Source of the DNA: Isoptericola halotolerans
Lineage (GTDB): Bacteria; Actinomycetota; Actinomycetes; Actinomycetales; Cellulomonadaceae
Direction: 5' to 3'
NCBI RefSeq assembly: GCF_013149785.1
Contig: NZ_JABEZU010000001.1
Location: 992,001 to 1,056,000 of the forward strand
DNA length: 64,000 nucleotides
The first letter of the stretch is position 1; each line of letters begins with the position of its first letter. The translations under genes were made by a program, and so were the position numbers. The notes beneath the pieces were generated by a model. That model was given only the letters and a program-made list of their open reading frames with translations, had not been told where the DNA came from and searched no databases. This document shows, one piece after another, positions 36,975-46,916 of the stretch.

Positions 36975-38201
36975 TCAGGCGGCCGGGTCCGACGGCGGTG
37001 CGAGCAGGAAGCCCGGCGCCACGAGCCCGGCGTCGTCGAACGCCGCCTGCACCGCGGTCGTCACGGCGTCGACGTCGTCGGCCCGCACGAGGGCGATCGC
37101 GGACCCGCCGAACCCGCCGCCCGTCATCCGGGCACCGAGGGCGCCCGCGCCCAGGGCAGCCTCGACGACCAGGTCGAGCTCGCGCGCCGAGACCTCGTAG
37201 TCGTCCCGCAGGGACGTGTGCGAGGCGTTCATCAGGGGGCCCACCGCGGTGATGCGCCCGGCGCGCACCAGCTCCGCGAACTCGCTCGTGCGGGCGATCT
37301 CGGTGACCACGTGGCGGACGCGGCGCTGCAGCACGTCGCCCCCGGGAGACCCGGCCAGCTTCTCCAGCGCGACGTCGAGCTCGTCCGGTGCGACCTCGCG
37401 CAGCGAACCGACACCCAGGATCTCCGCGGCCCGCTCGCAGGCCGCCCGCCGCTGCGCGTACTGCCCGTCCACGAGCGCGTGCTCGGCGCGGGTGTCCACG
37501 ACCAGGAGCGTCAGGCCCGCCGCGGTGAGGTCGAACGGCACGCGGTCGGCGGACTCCAGCGCCGACAACCCCGGACGGCAGTCGAGGAGCAGCGCGTGCC
37601 CGGCCGAGCAGCGCAGGGAGGCCGCCTGGTCCATGCCGCCCGTGGGCGCGCCCGCGATCTCGTTCTCCGCCCGGACGCAGGCCGTCACGAGCGACGCCCT
37701 CCCGGCGTCGTCGGCCGCCAGGCGCAGCCCGTGCACGGCGTCGAGCGCGACGGCGACCGCGCACTCCAGCGCCGCCGACGAGGACAGGCCCGCGCCGAAG
37801 GGGACGCACGAGTCGACGACGGCGTCGAACCCGCCGATCTCGTGACCCGCCTCGCGCAACGCCCACGCGACCCCGGCGACATAGGCGCCCCAGCCCTGCG
37901 TCTCGCCGGGGGCCACGTCGGCGAGCCGGGTCTGCCAGGTCTCACCCGGCGCCTGGGCGGATGCGAGGCGCACGACGTCGTCGGCCCGGGAGCGCAGCGC
38001 CACGTACGTGCGGTGCGGCAGCGCCACCGGCAGGGCCAGACCCGCGTTGTAGTCCGTGTGCTCGCCGATGAGGTTCACCCGGCCCGGAGCCGACCAGACG
38101 CCGTCGGGCTCGCCGTCGGCGAAGACCTCGGCGAAGAGGGTGCGGACGCGGGCGGCGCCGTCGTCGGCGGACCAGGAATCGAGCCACTGGGGAGACGTCA
38201 T
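36975..38201 (-). CDS. galK: Galactokinase
   Basis: APGRVNLIGEHTDYN, GAGLSSSAA, GARMTGGGFGG. Confidence 0.97.
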   Translation of the reverse strand: MTSPQWLDSWSADDGAARVRTLFAEVFADGEPDGVWSAPGRVNLIGEHTDYNAGLALPVALPHRTYVALRSRADDVVRLASAQAPGETWQTRLADVAPGETQGWGAYVAGVAWALREAGHEIGGFDAVVDSCVPFGAGLSSSAALECAVAVALDAVHGLRLAADDAGRASLVTACVRAENEIAGAPTGGMDQAASLRCSAGHALLLDCRPGLSALESADRVPFDLTAAGLTLLVVDTRAEHALVDGQYAQRRAACERAAEILGVGSLREVAPDELDVALEKLAGSPGGDVLQRRVRHVVTEIARTSEFAELVRAGRITAVGPLMNASHTSLRDDYEVSARELDLVVEAALGAGALGARMTGGGFGGSAIALVRADDVDAVTTAVQAAFDDAGLVAPGFLLAPPSDPAA

Positions 38202-38247
38202 GGCGCCCAGTATGGCCGACCTGTGCACGCTCCCGGGAGCCGTTCCG

Positions 38248-39834
38248 TCAGGCGGGCGCGCCCGCCCGACCGGCCTTGAGGAAGTCCGCGCAGCGCTCGC
38301 CGATCATCATCACGGTGATGTTCGGGTTCACCGTCGTGATCTCCGGCATGACGGAGGCGTCCGCGACGCGCAGACCCGTGACACCCTTGACCCGCAGCTG
38401 CGGGTCGAGCGGCGAGGCGTCGTCGTCCGGCGCGCCCATCCGTACCGACCCGGTCGGGTGGTAGACGGTGTTGTGCGTCGCGCGCACGTACGCCGCGATC
38501 TCCTCGTCGGACTGCACGCCCGGGCCGGGGAACAGCTCGCGACCGGCCCAGTCGGCCATCGCCGGCTGGGCGACGATCTCGCGGGCGCGCTTGATGCCCT
38601 CGACCATGACCTGCATGTCGTGCGGGTCGGAGAAGTATCGCGGGTCGACCTTCGGCTTGTCCCGGAAGTCGCGCGAGCGCAGTCGCACGGTGCCACGCGA
38701 CCGGGCGTGCGTGACGTTCGGCGTCAGGCAGAACACGTTCTCCGCCGTCGGGTAGCCCTGGCGGGCGGTGTGCATGTCGAACGGGACGGACCCGTAGTGG
38801 AACATCAGGTCCGGGCGGTCGTCGCCCCGCTCCGCGGCGGCCGCCGTGCGGGTGAAGATCCCGATCTCCCACCACTGCGTGGACGTGGTGGTCATCGGCT
38901 GCTGCGCCTCCCACGAGATCACGCCCTCGGGGTGGTCCTGCATGTTCTCGCCGACGCCGGGGGAGTCGACCAGCACGTCGACGCCCACCTCGCGCAGGTG
39001 CTCCGCGGGTCCGATGCCGGAGAGCATGAGCAGCTTGGGGGTGTCGATCGCACCGGCGGACAGCACGACCTCGCGCCGGGCGGCCAGGTGGCGGGTGTGG
39101 ATCAGGTCGGGGTCGAGGAAGTCGACACCGGTGGCCCGCCGGTCGGCGTCGAAGGTGACCCGCTTGACCCGGTGGTCCGTGAGGATCGTCAGGTTCGGCC
39201 GGTCCAGCACCGGGTGCAGATAGCTGACCGACGACGACGAGCGCACGCCGTCCTCGCGGGCGTTGATCTGGAAGAAGCTCGCGCCCTGGACGACGGTGAC
39301 CCCGTCGTTGAACTGCACGCGCGGGATACCGGCCTGCTCGCAGGCGTCCAGGAGCGCGACGCCGCACGGGTCCGACGGCGGCACCTGACGGATGCGCACG
39401 GGCCCGTCGTGGCCGTGGTGGTCGCCCGGCTGGTCGTTGTTCTCGAGCTTGCGGAAGTAGGGCCGGGACTCCGCGTCCTGCCAGCCCGCCGCGCCCATCT
39501 CGGCCCACTGGTCGAGGTCCTCGGCGGGGGCGTGGAACGCGATGCACGAGTTGTGCGACGAGCAGCCGCCGAGCACGCGGGCACGCGCCTGGCGCATGAA
39601 CGAGTTGCCGTTCTCCTGCGGCTCGATCAGGTAGTCCCAGTCGTAGCCGGACTCGAGCAGCCCCATCCAGCGGTCGAGGCGGAGGATGGCGTCGTCGCCG
39701 ACGTCGGACGGCCCCGCCTCCAGCAGGGCGACGGTGACGTCGGGGTCCTCCGAGAGCCGGGCGGCGACGGCCGCACCGGCCGAGCCGCCGCCGATGACGA
39801 GGTAGTCGTAGGTGTCGGTCGTCGTGGGGGTCAC
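38248..39834 (-). CDS. Choline oxidase-like GMC oxidoreductase
   Basis: GGGSAG, LGGCSSHNSCIAF (covalent-FAD His motif of Arthrobacter choline oxidase), HNTVYHP, NPNITV; GTGA overlap with betB. Confidence 0.9.
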   Translation of the reverse strand: MTPTTTDTYDYLVIGGGSAGAAVAARLSEDPDVTVALLEAGPSDVGDDAILRLDRWMGLLESGYDWDYLIEPQENGNSFMRQARARVLGGCSSHNSCIAFHAPAEDLDQWAEMGAAGWQDAESRPYFRKLENNDQPGDHHGHDGPVRIRQVPPSDPCGVALLDACEQAGIPRVQFNDGVTVVQGASFFQINAREDGVRSSSSVSYLHPVLDRPNLTILTDHRVKRVTFDADRRATGVDFLDPDLIHTRHLAARREVVLSAGAIDTPKLLMLSGIGPAEHLREVGVDVLVDSPGVGENMQDHPEGVISWEAQQPMTTTSTQWWEIGIFTRTAAAAERGDDRPDLMFHYGSVPFDMHTARQGYPTAENVFCLTPNVTHARSRGTVRLRSRDFRDKPKVDPRYFSDPHDMQVMVEGIKRAREIVAQPAMADWAGRELFPGPGVQSDEEIAAYVRATHNTVYHPTGSVRMGAPDDDASPLDPQLRVKGVTGLRVADASVMPEITTVNPNITVMMIGERCADFLKAGRAGAPA

Positions 39835-41339
39835 CGGTCGGCTCCTTCGTGCTCGTCGGAGTGGTCGGGGAACCAGCCCGTGACAGCCGGGCGCAGGTTC
39901 TGGTAGACGTGCTTGGGCTCGGTGTACTCGCCGAGCCCCGTGGGGCCGAGCTCGCGGCCGATGCCTGACTGGCCGAACCCGCCCCACTCGGCCTGCGGCA
40001 GGTACGGGTGGAAGTCGTTGATCCAGATGGTGCCGTGCCGCAGCGCGTTCGCGACCCGCTGCGCCTTCCCCGCGTCCTGCGTCCACACTGCGCCGGCCAG
40101 GCCGTACACGGTGTCGTTGGCGATCTCGACGGCCTCGTCCTCGCTCGTGAAGGTCTCCACCGTGACGACGGGACCGAACGCCTCGTCGACGACGGCGGCC
40201 GTACCGCGGGCGACGCCGTCGAGCACCGTGGGCCGGAAGTAGAAGCCCTTCTCGAGCTCGCCGTCGCCCCAGGTCCCGCCGCAGCGGAGAGTGGCGCCGT
40301 CGGCGACGGCCTGTTCGACGTAGGCGGTGACCTTGTCGCGGTGGGCGGCCGAGATGAGCGGGCCGGTCTCCGCGGCGTCGTCGAACGGGCCGCCCATCCG
40401 GATCTGCTCCGCGCGGCGCACGAGCTCGTCGACGAACCGGTCGTGGATGTCCTCCTCGACGATCAGGCGTGCCCCGGCGGAGCACACCTGGCCGGAGTGG
40501 ACGAACGCCGCGTTGAGCGCGTTGTCCACGGCGGCGTCGAAGTCGGCGTCGGCGAAGACGACGTTCGGGTTCTTGCCGCCGAGCTCGAGCGCCACCTTCT
40601 TGACCGTGGCAGCCGTGTTCGCCGCGATGACGCGGCCCGTGACGAGGCCACCGGTGAAGGAGACCAGGTCGACGTCCGGGTGCTCGGAGAGCGGTGCGCC
40701 GGCGGTCGGGCCGGCGCCCAGCACGAGGTTGGCCACGCCCGCGGGGACCCCGGCGTCGGTCAGCAGGTCCATGAGGAGGATCGCGGTGTGCGGCGTCAGC
40801 TCGGAGGGCTTGAGCACGAAGGTGTCACCCGCTGCCAGGCAGGGTGCCACCTTCCATGCGGTCTGCAGCAGCGGGTAGTTCCACGGGGTGATGAGCCCGC
40901 ACACGCCCACCGGCTCGTGCTGGATCCGGCTGAGCACGTCCGGGCTGCCGGCGTCGACGATCCGGCCGGACTCCGAGCCCGCGAGCTTGCCGTAGTACCG
41001 CAGGCAGGCGGTGACGTCGTCCATGTCGATGCGGGACTCGACGAGGCGCTTGCCCGTGTCGAGCGACTCGGCGCGGGCGAACTCCTCGGAGCGCTCGACG
41101 AGCAGGTCGGCGGCCCGCAGGAGGAGGTCGCCGCGCTCGGGCGCGGTCGTGCCGCGCCACGGCCCGGCGTCGAACGCACGCCGGGCGGCTGCGATGGCAC
41201 GCTCGGTGTCCGCGGGAGCGGCCTCACTGACGGCGGCGACGAGCGTGCCGTCGGCAGGGCAGCGGATCTCGCGGGTGCCGCCGTCGGCCGCGGCTTCCCA
41301 GCGTCCGTCGATGTACAGGGTGGTGACGTCGTCTGTCAT
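39831..41339 (-). CDS. betB: Betaine aldehyde dehydrogenase
   Basis: ITPWNYPLLQ, LELGGKNP, GQVCSAG; lies between choline oxidase and a BCCT transporter. Confidence 0.88.
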   Translation of the reverse strand: MTDDVTTLYIDGRWEAAADGGTREIRCPADGTLVAAVSEAAPADTERAIAAARRAFDAGPWRGTTAPERGDLLLRAADLLVERSEEFARAESLDTGKRLVESRIDMDDVTACLRYYGKLAGSESGRIVDAGSPDVLSRIQHEPVGVCGLITPWNYPLLQTAWKVAPCLAAGDTFVLKPSELTPHTAILLMDLLTDAGVPAGVANLVLGAGPTAGAPLSEHPDVDLVSFTGGLVTGRVIAANTAATVKKVALELGGKNPNVVFADADFDAAVDNALNAAFVHSGQVCSAGARLIVEEDIHDRFVDELVRRAEQIRMGGPFDDAAETGPLISAAHRDKVTAYVEQAVADGATLRCGGTWGDGELEKGFYFRPTVLDGVARGTAAVVDEAFGPVVTVETFTSEDEAVEIANDTVYGLAGAVWTQDAGKAQRVANALRHGTIWINDFHPYLPQAEWGGFGQSGIGRELGPTGLGEYTEPKHVYQNLRPAVTGWFPDHSDEHEGADR

Positions 41340-41351
41340 GGGATCCTCCGG

Positions 41352-43430
41352 TCAGACGTCGGTGTGGTCGATGGACACCGCGGGTGCGGCCGAGGACTCC
41401 TTGAACACGACGTGTCGCTCGAACTGGTCGAGCACGTCGCCGATCAGCTGTTCCTTCGTCCACCCGGTGACCTCGTAGCCCTGCGAGCCCTCGGTGAGGT
41501 AGACCTCGACCCGCAGGTAGGTGGCGTCCGACTGCGGCTTCGCGGCGAAGGAGGGCATCTCGGCCTCGACCGGGCAGAGCCGGTAGCGGAACGGCTCGTC
41601 GTCGTCGTGGACGACGGCGAGGGTCAGGATCGGCAGGCCCTGCGGCCCGTCGTCGGACCGGTCGCAGCGGGCGGTGACGCCCCGGTCACGCAGCTCGGCC
41701 GCGACCTCGTCGAGCGCCGGTGAGCAGACCTCCTCGAGGAAGCGCGCGATCGGTTTGTGCCCCGGGTAGGAGACGAGGCGGTGCAGCCGGTGGCGCCACG
41801 CACCGCTCTCGGCGTGGGTGCGACCGGAGAGCGTCGCGGGGAGAGCGTTCTGTGCCGAGTCCAGCTTCTGCCCCTCGGCGTGCAGCGTGCGATACAGGGA
41901 CACCATGACCAGCAGCAGGACGAACGAGAACGGCAGCCCCATGATCATCGTCGCGCCCTGCAGGGTGCCCAGGCCGCCGGCGACCAGCATGCCCAGGGTG
42001 ATCATGCCGATCAGCACCGCCCACACGACACGGAGCCAGGGCACGGCGTCGTCCTTCGGGGAACGCGGGTCCGTCGAGAACTTGGCGAGCACCAGGGCGC
42101 CGGAGTCGGCCGAGGTGACGAAGAACAGCAACCCGACGAAGATCGCGACGGCGATCATCAGGCCTGCGGCGGGGAACTGCTGGAGCAGCCCGAACAGGCC
42201 CCCGGCAGGGTCGTCCATCGCGGTCTGGATGAAAGCCGCACCCTCCTCGGTGCCGTCACGGCCGAGCTGGAGGGTCGTGTTGCCGAAGACGGACACCCAC
42301 ACCAGGACGAAGCAGAAGGGGATCGTCATGGTGCCGAGCACGAACTGGCGGATGGTGCGCCCGCGGGAGATGCGGGCCAGGAACAGCCCGACGAACGGTG
42401 CCCAGGCGACCCACCAGGCCCAGAAGAAGAGCGTCCAGGCGTTCATCCACTCGGTCGGGGCCTCGAACGCCATGGTGTCGAGCGTGAGTGCCGGCAGCTG
42501 GGCGATGTAGTCGCCGGCGTTCATCACCAGGCCGTTGAGCAGGAACGCGGTGTCGCCGGTGAACAGCACGAAGGCGAGCAGCACGAAGGCGAGGACGGCC
42601 TGGAGCTCGGACAAGCGCCGCACACCGCGCGCCACACCCGAGATCGTCGAGACGATCGACATGATCACGGCCACGGCGATGAGGCAGATCTGGACGAGGA
42701 GACCGTCGTCGACCCCGGTGAGCTCGTGGAGGCCGCGGCTGAGCATCGAGACGCCGATGCCGAGCGTCGCGGCGAGGCCGAAGACGGTGCCCATCACGGC
42801 GGCGATGTCGATGACGTGACCTGCGCGGCCCCACACCCGGTCCCCGAAGAGCGGCTGCAGCACGGATCGCAGCGAGAGCGGCAGACCTCGGCGGTAGTGG
42901 AAGTACGCGAGGGCCATGCCGAGCAGGGCGTACATGGCCCAGCCGATGAGGCCGTAGTGGAACAACGTCCACACGATCGCCTCACGAGCGGCGACGGTCG
43001 TGCCGCCCTCGGTGACCGGCGGTGCGAGGTACTGCGCGGCCGGTTCGGCCACGGAGAAGAACATCAGGTCCGTGCCGATGCCCGCGGCGAAGAGCATCGC
43101 CGCCCAGGTGAAGATGTTGAACTGCGGCTTGGACTCCTCAGGGCCGAGCTTGACACGCCCCGCGCGGCTGATCCCGACGACGAGGACGAAGACGAGGATG
43201 GCCGCCGCCAGCAGGAAGTACCACCAACCGAACCAGGTCGAGATCCACCCGACGAGGACGAAGATCGCGCTCTCTGCGTCGCCCGGGCGGACCATGGCCC
43301 AGACGGCGAGCGCCAGGATGACGACCGCCGACCCGATCAGGACGACGGGGTTGATCTTTCGGGCGTTCCCGTACTCGGCGTCGGTATGGTCCTCGGTCGC
43401 GGACATGCTGCTGCCGTCGACGTCTGTCAT
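41352..43430 (-). CDS. betT: Choline BCCT transporter (long C-terminal domain)
   Basis: WAAMLFAAGIG, WTLFFWAWWVAWAPFVGLFLARISRGRT, EVYLTEGSQGY. Confidence 0.9.
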   Translation of the reverse strand: MTDVDGSSMSATEDHTDAEYGNARKINPVVLIGSAVVILALAVWAMVRPGDAESAIFVLVGWISTWFGWWYFLLAAAILVFVLVVGISRAGRVKLGPEESKPQFNIFTWAAMLFAAGIGTDLMFFSVAEPAAQYLAPPVTEGGTTVAAREAIVWTLFHYGLIGWAMYALLGMALAYFHYRRGLPLSLRSVLQPLFGDRVWGRAGHVIDIAAVMGTVFGLAATLGIGVSMLSRGLHELTGVDDGLLVQICLIAVAVIMSIVSTISGVARGVRRLSELQAVLAFVLLAFVLFTGDTAFLLNGLVMNAGDYIAQLPALTLDTMAFEAPTEWMNAWTLFFWAWWVAWAPFVGLFLARISRGRTIRQFVLGTMTIPFCFVLVWVSVFGNTTLQLGRDGTEEGAAFIQTAMDDPAGGLFGLLQQFPAAGLMIAVAIFVGLLFFVTSADSGALVLAKFSTDPRSPKDDAVPWLRVVWAVLIGMITLGMLVAGGLGTLQGATMIMGLPFSFVLLLVMVSLYRTLHAEGQKLDSAQNALPATLSGRTHAESGAWRHRLHRLVSYPGHKPIARFLEEVCSPALDEVAAELRDRGVTARCDRSDDGPQGLPILTLAVVHDDDEPFRYRLCPVEAEMPSFAAKPQSDATYLRVEVYLTEGSQGYEVTGWTKEQLIGDVLDQFERHVVFKESSAAPAVSIDHTDV

Positions 43431-43633
43431 GGGTTCCTCCCTGCTGGTCACGCCCGTCGGGGAACGACCGGCGCGCGTCGCGGTCGCCGTTGACCGCGGA
43501 CGTCAACGCTTCCCACCTTCCGTTGCGCGGTGGTGACGGGCGTGTGCTCTTCACGGTAGCGCGACCGGTCCGGCTTTGACACCTTCGGACGGGACGTCTC
43601 GCTGGGCGAGACCTGTGGTGCTGGGCCTGCGGC

Positions 43634-44800
43634 TCAGCCGACGGGAGTGACGCCGAGCTGCCGCCCGGCGAGCCCGCGTTCGCGCCCCGCCAACCGACGG
43701 GCGACGTCGCGCAGCACCTGGGCGCCCGGGGAGTCAGGGGCGGCGAGCACCACCGGGGTGCCGTCGTCGCCCCCTTCCCGCACGGCCACGTCCAGCGGCA
43801 CCTGACCGAGCAGCGGCACGTCCTTGCCGACGGTCTCGGTGAGGCGGCTCGCGACGCTGGCACCACCGCCCGCGCCGAAGAGCTCGAGGCGAGAGCCGTC
43901 GGGCTGGACCAGCCAGGACATGTTCTCCACGACGCCGACCACGCCCTGCGACGTCTGGGTCGCCACCGAGCCTGCGCGCTCGGCCACCTCGGCGGCGGCC
44001 ACCTGCGGCGTCGTGACCACCAGGATCTCGCTGCCCGGCAGCAGCTGGGCGACCGAGATGGCGATGTCGCCGGTGCCCGGCGGCAGGTCCAGCAGCAGCA
44101 CGTCCAGGTCGCCCCAGAACACGTCCGCGAGGAACTGCTCGAGCGCGCGGTGCAGCATCGGCCCGCGCCAGACGACGGGCTGCCCGGCCGGGACGAACAT
44201 CCCGATCGAGACGACCTTGATCCCGTGCGCGACGGGCGGCAGCAGCATGGAGTCCACGCGGGTGGGCTGGCGGTCGACCCCCAGCATCCTGGGGATGGAG
44301 AAGCCGTAGATGTCGGCGTCGAGCACGCCGACGCTCAGGCCGTCGGCGGCCATGGCGGCAGCCAGGTTCGCCGTGACCGAGGACTTGCCGACTCCGCCCT
44401 TGCCGGAGGCGACCGCGAACACCTTCGTGAGCGAGCCGGGCTGCGCGAACGGGATGACGGGGTCACCGGCGCCACCGCGAAGCTGCGACCTCAACGCCTT
44501 GCGCTGCTCGGGCGTCATGACGCCGAGCTCGACGTCGACGCTCCCGACGCCGTCGACATGCTCGGTCGCGGCCGTGACGTCACGCACCAGGGTCGACTTC
44601 ATCGGGCACCCGGCGATCGTCAGGTCCACACCCACGGTCACGTGCGCGCCCGCCGTCCGGTCGCCGGTCACGGGCGCCTCGCCCACGGTCACCGACCGGA
44701 TCATGTTCAGCTCGGTCAGGGGGCGGCGGATCTCGGGGTCGACGACGGCGGACAACGCGTCCCGGACGCGTGCCTCGAGGTCGGGTGCGGAGGGAGCCAT
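43634..44800 (-). CDS. mrp: Mrp/NBP35 family ATP-binding protein
   Basis: DUF59 N-terminus (DPEI..LTIAGCP), SGKGGVGKS, WRGPMLH, DLPPGTGD. Confidence 0.95.
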   Translation of the reverse strand: MAPSAPDLEARVRDALSAVVDPEIRRPLTELNMIRSVTVGEAPVTGDRTAGAHVTVGVDLTIAGCPMKSTLVRDVTAATEHVDGVGSVDVELGVMTPEQRKALRSQLRGGAGDPVIPFAQPGSLTKVFAVASGKGGVGKSSVTANLAAAMAADGLSVGVLDADIYGFSIPRMLGVDRQPTRVDSMLLPPVAHGIKVVSIGMFVPAGQPVVWRGPMLHRALEQFLADVFWGDLDVLLLDLPPGTGDIAISVAQLLPGSEILVVTTPQVAAAEVAERAGSVATQTSQGVVGVVENMSWLVQPDGSRLELFGAGGGASVASRLTETVGKDVPLLGQVPLDVAVREGGDDGTPVVLAAPDSPGAQVLRDVARRLAGRERGLAGRQLGVTPVG

Positions 44801-44858
44801 GGTCCGATCCTAGGTGTCGTGGTAGCCCCGCCACCGACCCGTGCGGGATACTGTCGGG

Positions 44859-45644
44859 ATGAGCCTGAGCCGCCAGTCCGTCGTGCCCCGCGTGCCGACC
44901 CTGCCGAAGGGCGAGGAGATCGCCGCCTACGACTCCTACCTGGAGGCGCAGAAGGCGGTCGACTACCTCTCGGACGAGAAGTTCGCCGTCCAGCACGTCA
45001 CCATCGTCGGCACCGACCTGCGGATGGTCGAGCGCGTCACCGGCCGGCTCACCTACGGCCGGGTGGCGCTCGCCGGCGCCCTCTCCGGTGCCTGGTTCGG
45101 CTTCTTCGTCGGTCTGCTGCTGACGCTCTTCGCCGGCGGGGAGGCCGGGGTGCTGATCGTCGCGCTCGCGCTGGGTGCCGGCTTCGGGCTGATGTTCTCC
45201 GTGCTGTCCTACGCCTTCACCGGTGGTCGGCGTGACTTCACCTCGCAGTCGCAGATCGTCGCCTCGACGTACGCGATCCTGTGCGCCACCGAGCAGGCGG
45301 GGGAGGCGCGGCGCATGCTGGCCGGCTCACCGAGCGGTCTCGGCAAGCGGCGGACACCCGAACGGCCGGTCGCACCCGCGGCGCCCAGCACCCCGGACCC
45401 GCGGTGGACGATGCCCGACGGCGCGCCACGCTACGGCGCCATGCGCCCCGGCGAGACGTCCGACGCCGGATCCTCGACGTCCTCCGTGGCCGGCGGGGAA
45501 GGGGACTCCCACCCGCAGCCGCCGGTCGGTGCCGAGCTGCCCGAGGACCCTGCCCGGGACGACCGGCAGCCGCCGGGCACCACGGCCGCACCGAGCTCGA
45601 CCGTGGACCCGGACGACCCGTACGCGCCGCCCCGCGACCGCTAG
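44859..45644 (+). CDS. General stress protein (YflT-like) membrane protein
   Basis: YLEAQKAVDYLSD..F.V..VTIVGTDLRMVERVTGR, two TMs, RRDFTS. Confidence 0.85.
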   Translation: MSLSRQSVVPRVPTLPKGEEIAAYDSYLEAQKAVDYLSDEKFAVQHVTIVGTDLRMVERVTGRLTYGRVALAGALSGAWFGFFVGLLLTLFAGGEAGVLIVALALGAGFGLMFSVLSYAFTGGRRDFTSQSQIVASTYAILCATEQAGEARRMLAGSPSGLGKRRTPERPVAPAAPSTPDPRWTMPDGAPRYGAMRPGETSDAGSSTSSVAGGEGDSHPQPPVGAELPEDPARDDRQPPGTTAAPSSTVDPDDPYAPPRDR

Positions 45645-45676
45645 TCGGGCGCTCGCCGCCGCTTCATCTGATCTGT

Positions 45677-45734
45677 TCGGTACGCCGCGGCCGGGTCGGT
45701 ACTCCTGAGTACCGACCCGGCCGCGGCGTACCGA
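45677..45734. repeat. Perfect 28-bp stem palindrome, left flank of the AbiEi/DUF559-like gene
   Basis: tcggtacgccgcggccgggtcggtactc-ct-gagtaccgacccggccgcggcgtaccga. Confidence 0.92.
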
Positions 45735-45843
45735 CCTGACGGCATGGCACGACGTGATCAGACGTCGTCCACCGGCCGACACCGTCCACAGGACGCCAGG
45801 TGCTCGTTGCCCGCCGTGGGCACGGCGCACCAGCCTGACGGTC

Positions 45844-46806
45844 ATGATCAGACCGGGAGACCTCGTTCTCGCTCGCGACCACGACCGCAAGCAGCTGCAC
45901 CGCGCACTGCAGGATGGTGTGGTGACACGGCTCCGGGTGGGCGCCTACCTCGGTGTCGACACCGACGACGGTCGTGCGGCGTACGGCTCGCGTCGGGCGA
46001 AGGTACTGATGCGCGCGGTGCACCGGCAGCTGCGTGCCCCGCACACGTTCAGCCACCAGAGCGCAGCGCTGTGGTGGGGTTGCTCGCTGTGGAAGCACCC
46101 TGACCAGACGCACCTCGTCCAGGACTATCGGGCGTCGGGTCGCGCGGCGAAGGACGTGAAGCGGCACCGCGGGACCGTGCCGGACGACCAGCGGGCCCTG
46201 GAACGGGGGCTTCCGGTCACCACGTTGGCCCGCACGGTCGTCGACTGTGCCCTGTCCATGCATCCGATGGAGGCGCTGGTCATCGCGGACTCCGCGCTCC
46301 GCCTCCAGCCTGCTCTCGACCTGGACGAGGCGAGGGCGATCCTCGACGGGGTCCTGCGCCGCAACGGGCGGGTCCGCGCGCGGTGGGTGCTGGACCATGC
46401 GGACGGAGGTGCGGACTCGCCGTGGGAGACCTGGACGCGCTACCTCTGCCTGCGGGTCTCCCTGCCGCGTCCGCTCACGCAGGCGCCGGTCGTCACACGA
46501 CTGGGTACCTACCACTGCGACCTGGGGTGGCCCGACCACGGCGTCTACGTCGAGTTCGACGGGCGGGTGAAGTACCTCGACGACGGCGTCCGCCGTGGCC
46601 ACGACGCACGCGAGGAGCTGCTCCGGGAGAAGCGCCGGACCGACGCGCTGCACGAGGCAGGGGTGCTTCCGGTGCGGGTCATGGCCGGTGACGCCAGACC
46701 GGCTCCCGGCACGGAGACGGTGCTGCAGCGGATCGCCCGCCGCTTCCCGGCACCGGTGCGGCGACAGCTCCGGGTGGTGCCCTTCCTCCCGCCGCCGGTG
46801 ATCTGA
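45844..46806 (+). CDS. AbiEi-like wHTH + DUF559/Vsr-like nuclease domain protein (alternative start 45754)
   Basis: RLRVGAY, FSHQSAALWWG, GLPVTTLARTVVDCA, DSPWETWTR, DLGWP...VEFDGRVKY, EKRRTDAL...G...VRV. Confidence 0.8.
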   Translation: MIRPGDLVLARDHDRKQLHRALQDGVVTRLRVGAYLGVDTDDGRAAYGSRRAKVLMRAVHRQLRAPHTFSHQSAALWWGCSLWKHPDQTHLVQDYRASGRAAKDVKRHRGTVPDDQRALERGLPVTTLARTVVDCALSMHPMEALVIADSALRLQPALDLDEARAILDGVLRRNGRVRARWVLDHADGGADSPWETWTRYLCLRVSLPRPLTQAPVVTRLGTYHCDLGWPDHGVYVEFDGRVKYLDDGVRRGHDAREELLREKRRTDALHEAGVLPVRVMAGDARPAPGTETVLQRIARRFPAPVRRQLRVVPFLPPPVI

Positions 46807-46823
46807 GCCGATCGACCAGATCG

Positions 46824-46885
46824 GTTCGGCACGACGCGGCCGGGTCGGTACTCCTGAGTACCGACCCGGCCGCGTCGTGCCGAAC
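46824..46885. repeat. Perfect 30-bp stem palindrome, right flank of the AbiEi/DUF559-like gene
   Basis: gttcggcacgacgcggccgggtcggtactc-ct-gagtaccgacccggccgcgtcgtgccgaac. Confidence 0.92.
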
Positions 46886-46916
46886 TGACGAGGCACCCGG
46901 CCCCGCCGGAAGAGGC

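Noticed and set aside
45844..46806. Complete type IV toxin-antitoxin (AbiE) system or classical IS
   Set aside because: No AbiEii nucleotidyltransferase partner, no DDE/HUH transposase motifs, and no terminal inverted repeats or target-site duplication could be identified
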